From the sequence record KJ959591.1: 32,000 nucleotides of DNA; one strand, 5' to 3'. Shown here one piece after another: positions 18,309-26,188 of the stretch (its first letter is position 1; every line of letters begins with the position of its first letter). This stretch comes from Pseudomonas phage PAN70. The position numbers were made by a program, and so were the translations under genes. The notes beneath the pieces were generated by a model. That model was not told the origin of the DNA, did no database searches, and worked only from the letters and a program-made list of their open reading frames with translations.

Positions 18309-18640
18309 AGGTCACCCCCTTGCTCGGCTCTGCGCACCGCCTGGTAGGCGAGGGCGTAGCAAGCCATTTGCACCAGCAGGCTTGAAGCCGCGAGCGCAGG
18401 GTGATCTGTGAGGGCCAGGGCCGCCACGTGCAGAGCGCCGGTAGGGATGGAGAGCCACGGGCGGGCGAGCATGTTCGCGGCTCCTTGCCCCTTGATGCCG
18501 CCGGCGAATATCAGCAGCCAGCAGAGGACGTTTAGTGCCGCCGACACATAGAAGGCGAACTGGTGGATGGAGCCATGTCCGAAGTACAGGCACGCGCTGA
18601 TCAGCAGGCTGACCGCGGTGCTGGTGAGGGCTTGCTTCAT
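18305..18640 (-). CDS. multi-span membrane protein
   Basis: MKQALTSTAVSLLISACLYFGHGSIHQFAFYVSAALNVLCWLLIFAGG. Confidence 0.65.
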   Translation of the reverse strand: MKQALTSTAVSLLISACLYFGHGSIHQFAFYVSAALNVLCWLLIFAGGIKGQGAANMLARPWLSIPTGALHVAALALTDHPALAASSLLVQMACYALAYQAVRRAEQGGDL

Positions 18641-18642
18641 GG

Positions 18643-18873
18643 TCAGCGATCTCCGGCGGCAGCGGTCAAGGCGTTGAGTAGCGCATGCTTTCGGCGCTGG
18701 CCATGCAGGTACTCGCGCAGGGCGATGATGACCACGCTGTTCATGCTGCGCTCATCCCGCTTGGCTTCGGCTTCCACCTCGGCCCTCAGTCCGTCCGGCA
18801 GTAGGACAACGAACTTGTCCATATCCCGGCTGGTGCTGGCCGGCAGTTCGGTTACAACGGTTGCTCGTTTCAT
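18643..18873 (-). CDS. Arc-like ribbon-helix-helix DNA-binding protein
   Basis: MKRATVVTELPASTSRDMDKFVVLLPDGLRAEVEAEAKRDERSMNSVVIIALREYL. Confidence 0.8.
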   Translation of the reverse strand: MKRATVVTELPASTSRDMDKFVVLLPDGLRAEVEAEAKRDERSMNSVVIIALREYLHGQRRKHALLNALTAAAGDR

Positions 18874-18923
18874 TGGGAGGTCCTCCCCGCTGTCCGCGCC
18901 AGCGGGATGAATAAGAATGGGGA

Positions 18924-19510
18924 TTAAATCAGCACCCTGCGGACTGGCCGGACTAGGAAGGTCTCGTGTTTTTTCCCGTAGAACGAGCTGCCGTCGTGTA
19001 GACCGACGCAGAACGAAATACCTGCGGCCACCTGAGTGCTGCTCCAATACCGGTCATTTGCGAAGACTTCAGGCACGTTCAGTTCACAGATCGCCAGCTC
19101 TGCCCGGGCCGGCAGGTAAAAGTCCTCATGTCCATCTGCTACGAAAGCAACAGCAGCTCTTGCTGCGGGACTCTCGGATTCCAGCATGGCGGCTGTATTG
19201 GCCATCCCGTCCCATTTGCGCCTTGCGCTTATCTCATGACTGTGTGAGCTCCAAGCGCATCTGCCTACATCATCCCCCGCTACGATGAGGTAGTAGCTGG
19301 ACTGACCGTCCTTAGGCGGTACCCGGCCGGCGTAAATTCCGCCCTGGCCCTCCCAGTACTCTCCGATGGCAGGGACATCAGTTGGGTGGGCACAGGTGGC
19401 CGGCTTGAGTTCCACCGACTCACCAGCAACCAGGCCGGGAATGTCATCGGGGGCGAAGAAGTTCAGCGTGATGTTCAGGTTCTTGGTGTTGATCAGAGGT
19501 GCTTTCATTT
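18924..19510 (-). CDS. protein with C-terminal DUF1566-like / C-type-lectin-like motif
   Basis: MKAPLINTKNLNITLNFF...NDRYWSSTQVAAGISFCVGLHDGSSFYGKKHETFLVRPVRRV. Confidence 0.7.
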
Positions 19511-19552
19511 TTTTCTCCATTGGCGCCATCGCTGGCGCCGGGGCGAGGGTGG

Positions 19553-20389
19553 CTACTTGCTGATGCCGATGAAGGGCAGCGGGGAGCCGCTGGCCATGTA
19601 GGTGGGCAGCTTTCCGTCCCACTTCTCGACGGCATTGAGGGTCACGACGTCGGGGTTCGAGCGCAGCGCCTGGGCGCGGATCTCGATCGCCTTCGCGTCG
19701 GCGGTGGCCAGGGTCAGCTTCGCGTCCGCCTCCCCTTGGGCCCGAGCGCGTTCCTTGTCGGCTTCTGCCTTGGCTTGGGCGACCTCGTTACGGCGCTGCT
19801 CAGCCATCTGGGTGGCCTGGATCTTCGCGTTCAGGCTCTGCGTAACCTGCGGCGGGAGGACCAGGTCGGATGCGTAGTAGATGCGCTCGATGTTGATGCC
19901 GATGGGCGCCACCTGGTCGCGCACGCGCTTCTCGACGGCCAGCAGCAGGTCCGCCTTACCGGCGCCATAGACGCTCTCGACTGGAAGCTTCGAGGCAACA
20001 TCGTTGAAGGCATCGCGCACCATGTTCCGCAGGAACTTGTTCGTGATTTCGTCGATACCCGCCCGGTACTTCTGGAACAGCGTCGTCACCTTATCGGGAG
20101 ATACCGAGTAGGTGATGCCGACGGCGCCGCCGACCTTCATGCCCTCAACGGTCTGGAAGCTGATCGCTTCCTCGCCGCCCCAGGTCTCGGTCTGCGTGAA
20201 GGTGGGGAACAGGTAGAGCTCCTCGTTCACGCCTACCCAGTAGCGCCCAGTTCCGACCTCACGCGTCTCCACACCCTTCTCGGAGCCGTAGAGATTGACG
20301 ATCACGCCGACGTTGCCGGCAGGCACCTTCGAACAGCCCGCCAGGACGGCGAGCAGGCACAGCATTGCAGCAGCGGGAATCCGCTTCAT
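19553..20389 (-). CDS. SPFH/prohibitin (band 7)-like lipoprotein
   Basis: signal with lipobox LAGC; TVEGMKVGGAVGITYSVSPDKVTTLFQKYRAG...; coiled-coil AEQRRNEVAQAKAEADKERARAQGEADAK. Confidence 0.85.
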   Translation of the reverse strand: MKRIPAAAMLCLLAVLAGCSKVPAGNVGVIVNLYGSEKGVETREVGTGRYWVGVNEELYLFPTFTQTETWGGEEAISFQTVEGMKVGGAVGITYSVSPDKVTTLFQKYRAGIDEITNKFLRNMVRDAFNDVASKLPVESVYGAGKADLLLAVEKRVRDQVAPIGINIERIYYASDLVLPPQVTQSLNAKIQATQMAEQRRNEVAQAKAEADKERARAQGEADAKLTLATADAKAIEIRAQALRSNPDVVTLNAVEKWDGKLPTYMASGSPLPFIGISK

Positions 20390-20640
20390 TGGTCTTTCTC
20401 CTTGCTGGTGGTGGCCGCTTCTTCGCGGCGGGTGTTGGCGAGGTGGATGCCGAGGCAGACCGAGGCGATCAACCAGACGCCGGGGATGGCGAATCCCGCG
20501 AAGACCAGAACATCGTCGCGACTGCTGACCAGGGCCGGCCCAATGCCGCCCACCAGGGCGACGGACAACCCGGCATAGGCCAGCAGGGCGATACAGATCA
20601 GGAAGAGCTTCCCGGGCTTGATGAGAGGTTTGTTGTCCAT
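20386..20640 (-). CDS. two-span membrane protein coupled to the SPFH-like gene
   Basis: MDNKPLIKPGKLFLICIALLAYAGLSVALVGG...; 4-bp overlap. Confidence 0.65.
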   Translation of the reverse strand: MDNKPLIKPGKLFLICIALLAYAGLSVALVGGIGPALVSSRDDVLVFAGFAIPGVWLIASVCLGIHLANTRREEAATTSKEKDQ

Positions 20641-20739
20641 GCTTTCCTCCAGGCAAGCCGATGGCCTGCCGCGGTTGTTGGCTTTCGCGAAAATCGGTTG
20701 GTTACTGCTTGGCTGCTTCGGCGCGTTCGGTCTGCCGCG

Positions 20740-20979
20740 TCAGATCAGCCCTCTCTGTTGCAGGTCGTTCAGTTCTGCGTCCGCAAATGCGGCCGCCGCC
20801 TTCAGGTCTGCCACGGTAAGCTCGTCGAGCGTCTTGCCCAGGCCCTGGATGTGCCGGGCGAAAGCGCGCTGTGCCGGCCCGTTGTAGCCATGGCAAAAGT
20901 CGGCCGCTGCGCGCAGTTCACCGTCGAGCTGCAGCGCCAGGATGTTGAGAGGATCGTTTCTGTCCCAGGCCATGATCAC
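20740..20979 (-). CDS. small hypothetical protein
   Basis: 79-aa ORF with 4-bp overlap to upstream gene. Confidence 0.55.
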   Translation of the reverse strand: MIMAWDRNDPLNILALQLDGELRAAADFCHGYNGPAQRAFARHIQGLGKTLDELTVADLKAAAAFADAELNDLQQRGLI

Positions 20980-21365
20980 GCCACCCAGGCCACGCCATCG
21001 CGGCGAGCAGTCAGACGAGTTTCGATCTTCCTTTCGCCGCCACGGCGCGCCCGCATGGCCGGGTCTTCATCGAGGAGGGGTTGTGCTGCCGCCAGGAGGG
21101 CGAGGATGCCAACGCACAGGGGGCTGATAATCTGGCGCTTGTACGCCTCCAGCACCAGGCCGCGGATAGTCTTGGCGCCGAGCTTGAACCGCGCATCATC
21201 CAACCGCTTGGATACGGTTCCAGGCGCGATGCCCATCAGCTTCGCGATCTCCTTTGCGGTCAGGTCGCTCGCCGCATGCAGGGTGGCCTCCAGTTCGCGC
21301 GGAGCGAGACCCATGCCGAGACGGCCTTGCCAGGTATCAGTGCTGATGGTGGTGGCGCAATCCAT
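20976..21365 (-). CDS. LuxR-type HTH DNA-binding protein
   Basis: LAPRELEATLHAASDLTAKEIAKLMGIAPGTVSKRLDDARFKLGAKT. Confidence 0.75.
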   Translation of the reverse strand: MDCATTISTDTWQGRLGMGLAPRELEATLHAASDLTAKEIAKLMGIAPGTVSKRLDDARFKLGAKTIRGLVLEAYKRQIISPLCVGILALLAAAQPLLDEDPAMRARRGGERKIETRLTARRDGVAWVA

Positions 21366-21452
21366 AATGAATTCCCTCGACTACGATGAGGGAAAATTAG
21401 CATTGCTTTATTTTTATGTAAACAGCCTGGCTAATATTTTGTGTTTGACGAG

Positions 21453-21476
21453 AAAAAAACCCGGCTTCTGCCGGGC
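21453..21476 (-). terminator. rho-independent terminator for the repressor transcript
   Basis: minus strand CCCGGC-agaa-GCCGGG then T-run. Confidence 0.8.
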
Positions 21477-21485
21477 TTGGTGGGC

Positions 21486-22334
21486 TCATTTTGCTAAGCG
21501 AAGCCCTCGCTTTCTTCTAACGGTTGACCACCAAAACACCCAGCCGAGGACCCTGATTTGCTGTGCCTGCTCCGGTGTTAGGAACTCGTCTGGGTACTCC
21601 TCATCATTCTCGCTACGGATTCGCAACCCTCCGCCTGGAAGGCGATAGAGGAATTTCACTCGAAGCATGCCGTCGTGGTCAAAGGCATATATCTCACCAT
21701 CTTCGATATGCGTAGCACCCCGGTCAATACCGATAGTGGCACCGTCCATGATCAAGCGCTCCATGCTCCTACCTCGGAGGGTCGCACACGCAGCGTTCTT
21801 CTCGTCAACCCCTGCCTCGCGAAGCGTTGACCTAGCAAAGCGTAAGAGCCTTCCGGGAACCTCAACGACCTCCGTAGCTCCGGTTCCTCCAGCCAACTCG
21901 ACCTCCTTGTACAGCGGAATGGCTACCTCATCTGGACCAAGCGGCGTGGAGTCATCCCAAGGGGACATGCATCCGATCAATTCCGCATTGGGCTCGACAG
22001 CTTTCAGTGCTGCAGGGCCTTGGTCGGTCAATCCGTTTGCAATCCTGGTCATTTCTTCCAGTTCTGCAGCAAGGCGAGGGCTGACCTCCGCAGGAGAAAA
22101 GCTCAGCACCTGCGAGAACTTCAGCAAGGCATCGATATTCAAGGCCAGCTTGCCGGACATGTACTGGTTGACGGTGCTTTGTGCGGATGCCCACCCGCAA
22201 GCCTCCCCAACGCTTTCCTGGGTGATGGCTTGCCCTCGCGCCGAAGCTTCTGCCTTCCGCTTGAGGTAAATCGCCTTGAGTCGGGCGCACTCAAGAGCTT
22301 CGTGGGGGGCTAGGGGTCTTCGTTGTCTGCTCAT
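21486..22334 (-). CDS. S24/LexA-family prophage repressor (CI-like)
   Basis: N-terminal HTH (ITQESVGEACGWASAQSTVNQYMSGK) and C-terminal GRSMERLIMDGATIGIDRG ... RVKFLYR serine/lysine motifs. Confidence 0.9.
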   Translation of the reverse strand: MSRQRRPLAPHEALECARLKAIYLKRKAEASARGQAITQESVGEACGWASAQSTVNQYMSGKLALNIDALLKFSQVLSFSPAEVSPRLAAELEEMTRIANGLTDQGPAALKAVEPNAELIGCMSPWDDSTPLGPDEVAIPLYKEVELAGGTGATEVVEVPGRLLRFARSTLREAGVDEKNAACATLRGRSMERLIMDGATIGIDRGATHIEDGEIYAFDHDGMLRVKFLYRLPGGGLRIRSENDEEYPDEFLTPEQAQQIRVLGWVFWWSTVRRKRGLRLAK

Positions 22335-22446
22335 GCCAAAACTGTATTAGCTCTACTTAATTGTTTCAAACAGCCAGGCTTTTATTTGTTGCTGGAAAAA
22401 ACAAGCCGGGCTAATATCTCCGGGAAACACCTCATGGACCAGCCAG
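22335..22446. promoter_or_regulatory. divergent repressor/cro control region with operator-like repeats
   Basis: AAACAGCCAGGCTTTTATTTG at 22368-22388, AAACAAGCCGGGCTAATAT at 22399-22417, palindrome TGTTTCAAACA at 22362-22372. Confidence 0.65.
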
Positions 22447-22830
22447 ATGAAAGACGTCCCGTTGAGCGAGTTCTTGGGCACCAAAACCTTTCGCGCCAAG
22501 CAGAAGGAAGTGGCCAGAGCTCTTGGCATAACCCAAAGCGCTGTATCTCAAATGGCGAGATCTGGCCGAAGAGTCTTCGTGCGCGTGATCGACGGTCAGG
22601 TCGTCGGAGCCTTCGAGATAAAGGCTGTTCCCTCGAACAGTCGAATCTCGCTACCCGCTTCGTGCTGCGAAGCTTGGACCGCAGGCTCCGCCGACCTTGA
22701 GCCATTCTGCCGTCCGACTCCCGCCTGGGGCAGTGCGCTGATGCTGCTGTGCAGGCATCCAGTGCCGAGGTGGCTCCGTGACTTTCCTTTCGAAGATGGC
22801 TCGCTTCCTCGGGCTGGATGTTCAGCGTGA
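22447..22830 (+). CDS. Cro-like HTH protein
   Basis: MKDVPLSEFLGTKTFRAKQKEVARALGITQSAVSQMARSGRRVFVRV. Confidence 0.75.
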   Translation: MKDVPLSEFLGTKTFRAKQKEVARALGITQSAVSQMARSGRRVFVRVIDGQVVGAFEIKAVPSNSRISLPASCCEAWTAGSADLEPFCRPTPAWGSALMLLCRHPVPRWLRDFPFEDGSLPRAGCSA

Positions 22831-22874
22831 TCGGATCGCGGCTGCTTGGCGCGGGCAGGGCTTTCAGGCTGGTG

Positions 22875-23126
22875 TCATTTACGACGAAGCAGAGATTCTG
22901 CGGCGTCTTGGCTGGCGTGAACGGCTTCAACGGCGACTTCGACAAGTTCTCCGGTGGTTCGGTTTATCAGCACCGCCATCCCGTTGTTTTCCAAGGGGCC
23001 GCGCACCGAGTCCCCAATCCGAAGCTCGCCAACCAGCACATCAACGATCGCAAACCTATCGTCGGTGCGAACCGCATAGCGAGGAAGGCTAGCGTGATAG
23101 CCGCATACCACTCCCATTACTGCCAT
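22875..23126 (-). CDS. hypothetical protein encoded against the rightward operon
   Basis: MAVMGVVCGYHASLPRYAVRTDDRFAIVDVLVGELRIGDSVRGPLENNGMAVLINRTTGELVEVAVEAV reads as a compact folded protein; plus-strand alternatives look less protein-like. Confidence 0.5.
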   Translation of the reverse strand: MAVMGVVCGYHASLPRYAVRTDDRFAIVDVLVGELRIGDSVRGPLENNGMAVLINRTTGELVEVAVEAVHASQDAAESLLRRK

Positions 23127-23310
23127 ACCACGGATCTCCGTCTGTTCCCCGTTGAGGGGACGAACGATAGCACGGAGTGTCCTGGCGCCACTTTGCGGCC
23201 CGGCTGACCCATACGCCGGAAAGCAAAAAGCCCCGCTTTCGCGAGGCCTTTAGTCGGTAGTCGTTGGCGCGACTTCCTAGGTACTTCTTTGTCTCGAGGG
23301 AGACATCAAC

Positions 23311-23622
23311 ATGCATCTCAAAAATATCAAAACGTCAAGCCAGGCGCAACAGTCAGTGACCACTGAGGAGGTTGGATTTCTCCTAACCCCCAGCGGGCTC
23401 TGTGCGCTCCAGGTCTGCGAGGGGGTTCCCATCGTAGAGGTAATGCAACGTTACGAGGAGTCGCTCAACGCTCTCTGCGCTTTGCTCAGGCGCATGGCCA
23501 GGGATATCGATCACCCTATGAGCGACTCCGAGGCGGAAGCTATCGCGCTGCTCACCGAGGTGGTGGCGGCGATGCACAGTAGCTGCGTGCGCGGCTTGGA
23601 TGCAGCGGGAGGTGTGGCATGA
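23311..23622 (+). CDS. small helical protein, first of a five-gene cluster
   Basis: MHLKNIKTSSQAQQSVTTEEVGFLLTPSGLCALQVCEGVPIVEVMQRYEESLNALCALLRR. Confidence 0.65.
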   Translation: MHLKNIKTSSQAQQSVTTEEVGFLLTPSGLCALQVCEGVPIVEVMQRYEESLNALCALLRRMARDIDHPMSDSEAEAIALLTEVVAAMHSSCVRGLDAAGGVA

Positions 23623-23906
23623 ACGCGCTTCTGAGAGCTCGCCCTATTGACCCGGAGAACAGCTTCTTCAAGGTCAACCCTGGACTTTCCAAGCGGGAAG
23701 CCTTGGACGAGGCCAGCGTCATTCTGGCCGGACTCAGCGACATCCTCATCTCCCTCGTCGAGGGTAGCCCCATGGATGGCAATGGCTACCACGCGCTGGC
23801 GTACCTGAGTGATGCGGCAAAGGCGCTGGTGGATGCCGCCATCCCTCTGCCTGCGGAGGAGGCGGAAATCGCCGCTGCGCTCAATGCAAAGGAGCGCCGC
23901 CAATGA
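23619..23906 (+). CDS. DUF3077-like small protein
   Basis: ENSFFKVNPGLSKREALDEASVILAGLSDILISLVEG...YHALAYLSDAAKALVDAA. Confidence 0.65.
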   Translation: MNALLRARPIDPENSFFKVNPGLSKREALDEASVILAGLSDILISLVEGSPMDGNGYHALAYLSDAAKALVDAAIPLPAEEAEIAAALNAKERRQ

Positions 23907-24211
23907 ACCTCGCGACACTGCTCAGCAATCAGTGCTCCCCGGTCCCCGATGAAGTTCTGACCGATAAGCAGATCCGCTCCATCAAGTTGGATCGTGGTAC
24001 GGCTCGCCATGCGGCTCAGAACATGGCGCTTGGTGTCGCCGCAGTCGGGAAACTGCTGGCGCTTACCAGTGCTGAAGGCGAGATCGGCCAGGAAACCGCC
24101 GAGCGTCTTGGCTGGTTCTTGGAGGAGGTTGGCGGTGCCATCTTCCAGTTGGCGGAGTTCGAGCAGGTCTGTTCTGAGCGAATCAACCGGCAGAAGGAGG
24201 CTCGGCGATGA
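23903..24211 (+). CDS. small helical phage protein
   Basis: 102-aa ORF, ATGA coupling. Confidence 0.65.
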   Translation: MNLATLLSNQCSPVPDEVLTDKQIRSIKLDRGTARHAAQNMALGVAAVGKLLALTSAEGEIGQETAERLGWFLEEVGGAIFQLAEFEQVCSERINRQKEARR

Positions 24212-24486
24212 GGGCCACTCTGGGTATCAGCTTCCGGGCGACTGCGCCGGTCGATCTTTCGAAGGGAGATCACAAGACGAATGTCCTGTGCGTTAAGGAT
24301 GACATCGATGCCGACCTCGCGCTGGACAGCGCCACCGATCTTCTGGACGCGGTGATTGGTGGGCTTCAGGAAATCGTTAGCGAGCCGAGCGTTTCCTCCC
24401 AGGTTTCGCTGATGCTTCACGCGGTCGAGACCGCGCAGGCCTTGGTCCGTGCCGCCTTGGAGGGTTGGGAGGTGGCCAATGACTAG
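24208..24486 (+). CDS. small helical phage protein
   Basis: DLALDSATDLLDAVIGGLQEIVSEPSVSSQVSLMLHAVETAQALV. Confidence 0.65.
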   Translation: MRATLGISFRATAPVDLSKGDHKTNVLCVKDDIDADLALDSATDLLDAVIGGLQEIVSEPSVSSQVSLMLHAVETAQALVRAALEGWEVAND

Positions 24487-24712
24487 CCGCATCGGAGCGA
24501 AAGCGCTCGGTGACCAGCTCTACAGCTACATCGGCGCCATCCAGGACTTGGCTACCGCAGTTCGCGAAGACTTGGCTTTCGAAGGTTTCGAGCCGGGCCC
24601 GCGCCTGACCGCCGACCAGGTGGATGCGATCCATCTGTCGATTATCACTATCGCCAGGTTGGCTGGCGAAGACTTGATCCAACTGCTGACCGAGATGGAG
24701 GTGCCGGCATGA
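24479..24712 (+). CDS. small helical phage protein
   Basis: MTSRIGAKALGDQLYSYIGAIQDLATAVREDL... Confidence 0.65.
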   Translation: MTSRIGAKALGDQLYSYIGAIQDLATAVREDLAFEGFEPGPRLTADQVDAIHLSIITIARLAGEDLIQLLTEMEVPA

Positions 24713-25200
24713 GCTCTGTGTCTGATGCAAAACGCCCTCGTCGAGGCAAGAAGCCACAGGGGATATCTCTCCACCCGCGCGCCAAGGAAACTTGGCAGCG
24801 CTTGCCCTTCGTAGGCAAGGACCATGGTCGCTACTCAATGTGGGATGTTCCTTTGACTGGTAGCTACCTCACCGGTCTCGAGGCCGGCAAGAGTATCGCG
24901 CACATCTATCTGAAGTATGTCCGGGATGTGGACGACTGGATGGCTTGCGAGGTGCTCAGGAGCATGGTGCGCGATTTGATCACCAAAGCCCCTTCGGACG
25001 AGCAAGAGGAAACTGTCAAACGCGGCCAGTTCGCGGGGTTCATGGGCGAGATATTCAACTGGCTCAAGGTGTCCGCCCAGTTTGCCGGAAGCAGTCTAGA
25101 CCGAGTGGAAGACCAGGGCCTGGTAGATCGGGTGAACCACTACCTGGATGCAGGCGTAGCCGATGCAATAGATGCGGCTATTACGAGGGCTTCGACATGA
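24709..25200 (+). CDS. hypothetical early protein
   Basis: 163-aa ORF, ATGA coupling on both sides. Confidence 0.7.
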   Translation: MSSVSDAKRPRRGKKPQGISLHPRAKETWQRLPFVGKDHGRYSMWDVPLTGSYLTGLEAGKSIAHIYLKYVRDVDDWMACEVLRSMVRDLITKAPSDEQEETVKRGQFAGFMGEIFNWLKVSAQFAGSSLDRVEDQGLVDRVNHYLDAGVADAIDAAITRAST

Positions 25201-25961
25201 CTGGCCTGACCTCAATTGGCGGCCAGTCCGCCACCATGACCAGCCGGGAGATCGCGGATCTTGTTGGATCGCGTCACGACAATGTACGCGTGACCATTGA
25301 GCGGCTGGCCGAGCGCGGGGTGATTGCTTTACCTGCAATGCAGGAAAAGCCCACTGCTGGCCGCCCCGCTCAGGAGTACGTCTTCACCGGCGACCAGGGC
25401 AAGCGCGACAGCATCATCGTCGTCGCCCAACTCTATCCGGAGTTCACCGCCCAGTTGGTGGACCGCTGGCAGGAACTGGAACAGCAGGCTTCCCGGCCAC
25501 TGACCGCCGCCGAGCAATTGCTGGCCAGCGTGCAACTCACCGTCGATCTGGAGCGGCGACAGCGGCAGACCGAGCAGCAGGTGGCAGCGCTGGCCGAAAC
25601 CGTCGGCGACATGGACCGATCGCACCCGCTGCTCGACTCGATCCCCAACGGCATGGAGAGCATCAGCGCTATCCGGCAGCGGATCGGAAAGCAGTACGGC
25701 CTACCGCCCAGGGTGATCGACGCGGTGGTGCGCGAAATGCCGCACAGCCCGCGCCCCTTCGCCATGGTGCGCAGCAAGCACGAGGAACTGAACGCGCGGC
25801 CCTTCGCGGTCTGGGCTAAGGCCGAGATCAGCAGGGTATTCGAGCGCTTCGCGCGCGGCTGCACCTTCGTGACCCAACACCGAGCCACGCACCCGGATTT
25901 CGGCGCCGGCCGGGAGCGCTTCCAGATGCGCGGCACCCCTTCGCAGGAGATCGGCGAATGA
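25197..25961 (+). CDS. Rha-family phage regulatory protein
   Basis: MTSREIADLVGSRHDNVRVTIERLAERGVI...TGDQGKRDSIIVVAQLYPEFTAQLVDRWQELE. Confidence 0.8.
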   Translation: MTGLTSIGGQSATMTSREIADLVGSRHDNVRVTIERLAERGVIALPAMQEKPTAGRPAQEYVFTGDQGKRDSIIVVAQLYPEFTAQLVDRWQELEQQASRPLTAAEQLLASVQLTVDLERRQRQTEQQVAALAETVGDMDRSHPLLDSIPNGMESISAIRQRIGKQYGLPPRVIDAVVREMPHSPRPFAMVRSKHEELNARPFAVWAKAEISRVFERFARGCTFVTQHRATHPDFGAGRERFQMRGTPSQEIGE

Positions 25962-26188
25962 CCTCACAACCAAAACCGGGTCGGATCACCACTGGCCCCA
26001 ACGGCCGCCCGGTGATCGCCGGCCCCTGGCCGTCCTACCGTCAATTCCGCGAACTGCCCGAGCGTGAACGCTGGGTTCTTTACGGCCACGCCAAGGCATG
26101 CCGCGGTGCGCTTGAAGATCAAGGGTTCCTCATGGCCGAGGGATATCACGACTTCGTGAAGCGCGTTACCGAGGAGCTGAACATCTGA
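25958..26188 (+). CDS. small hypothetical protein
   Basis: 76-aa ORF between Rha-like and O-like genes. Confidence 0.6.
   Translation: MTSQPKPGRITTGPNGRPVIAGPWPSYRQFRELPERERWVLYGHAKACRGALEDQGFLMAEGYHDFVKRVTEELNI

Noticed and set aside
17445-18347. 300-aa plus-strand ORF opposite 17409-18308
   Set aside because: Antisense shadow of the leftward gene; His/Leu/Arg-rich composition and no recognisable motif.
18924-19510. Diversity-generating retroelement target
   Set aside because: Although the C-terminus is lectin-like, there is no reverse transcriptase ORF and I saw no template/variable repeat pair in the window.
19499-21648. Long plus-strand ORFs 19499-20578 and 20365-21648
   Set aside because: They mirror the minus-strand SPFH, membrane and HTH genes, which have recognisable domains and tight 4-bp overlaps; the plus frames are low-complexity shadow ORFs typical of high-GC DNA.
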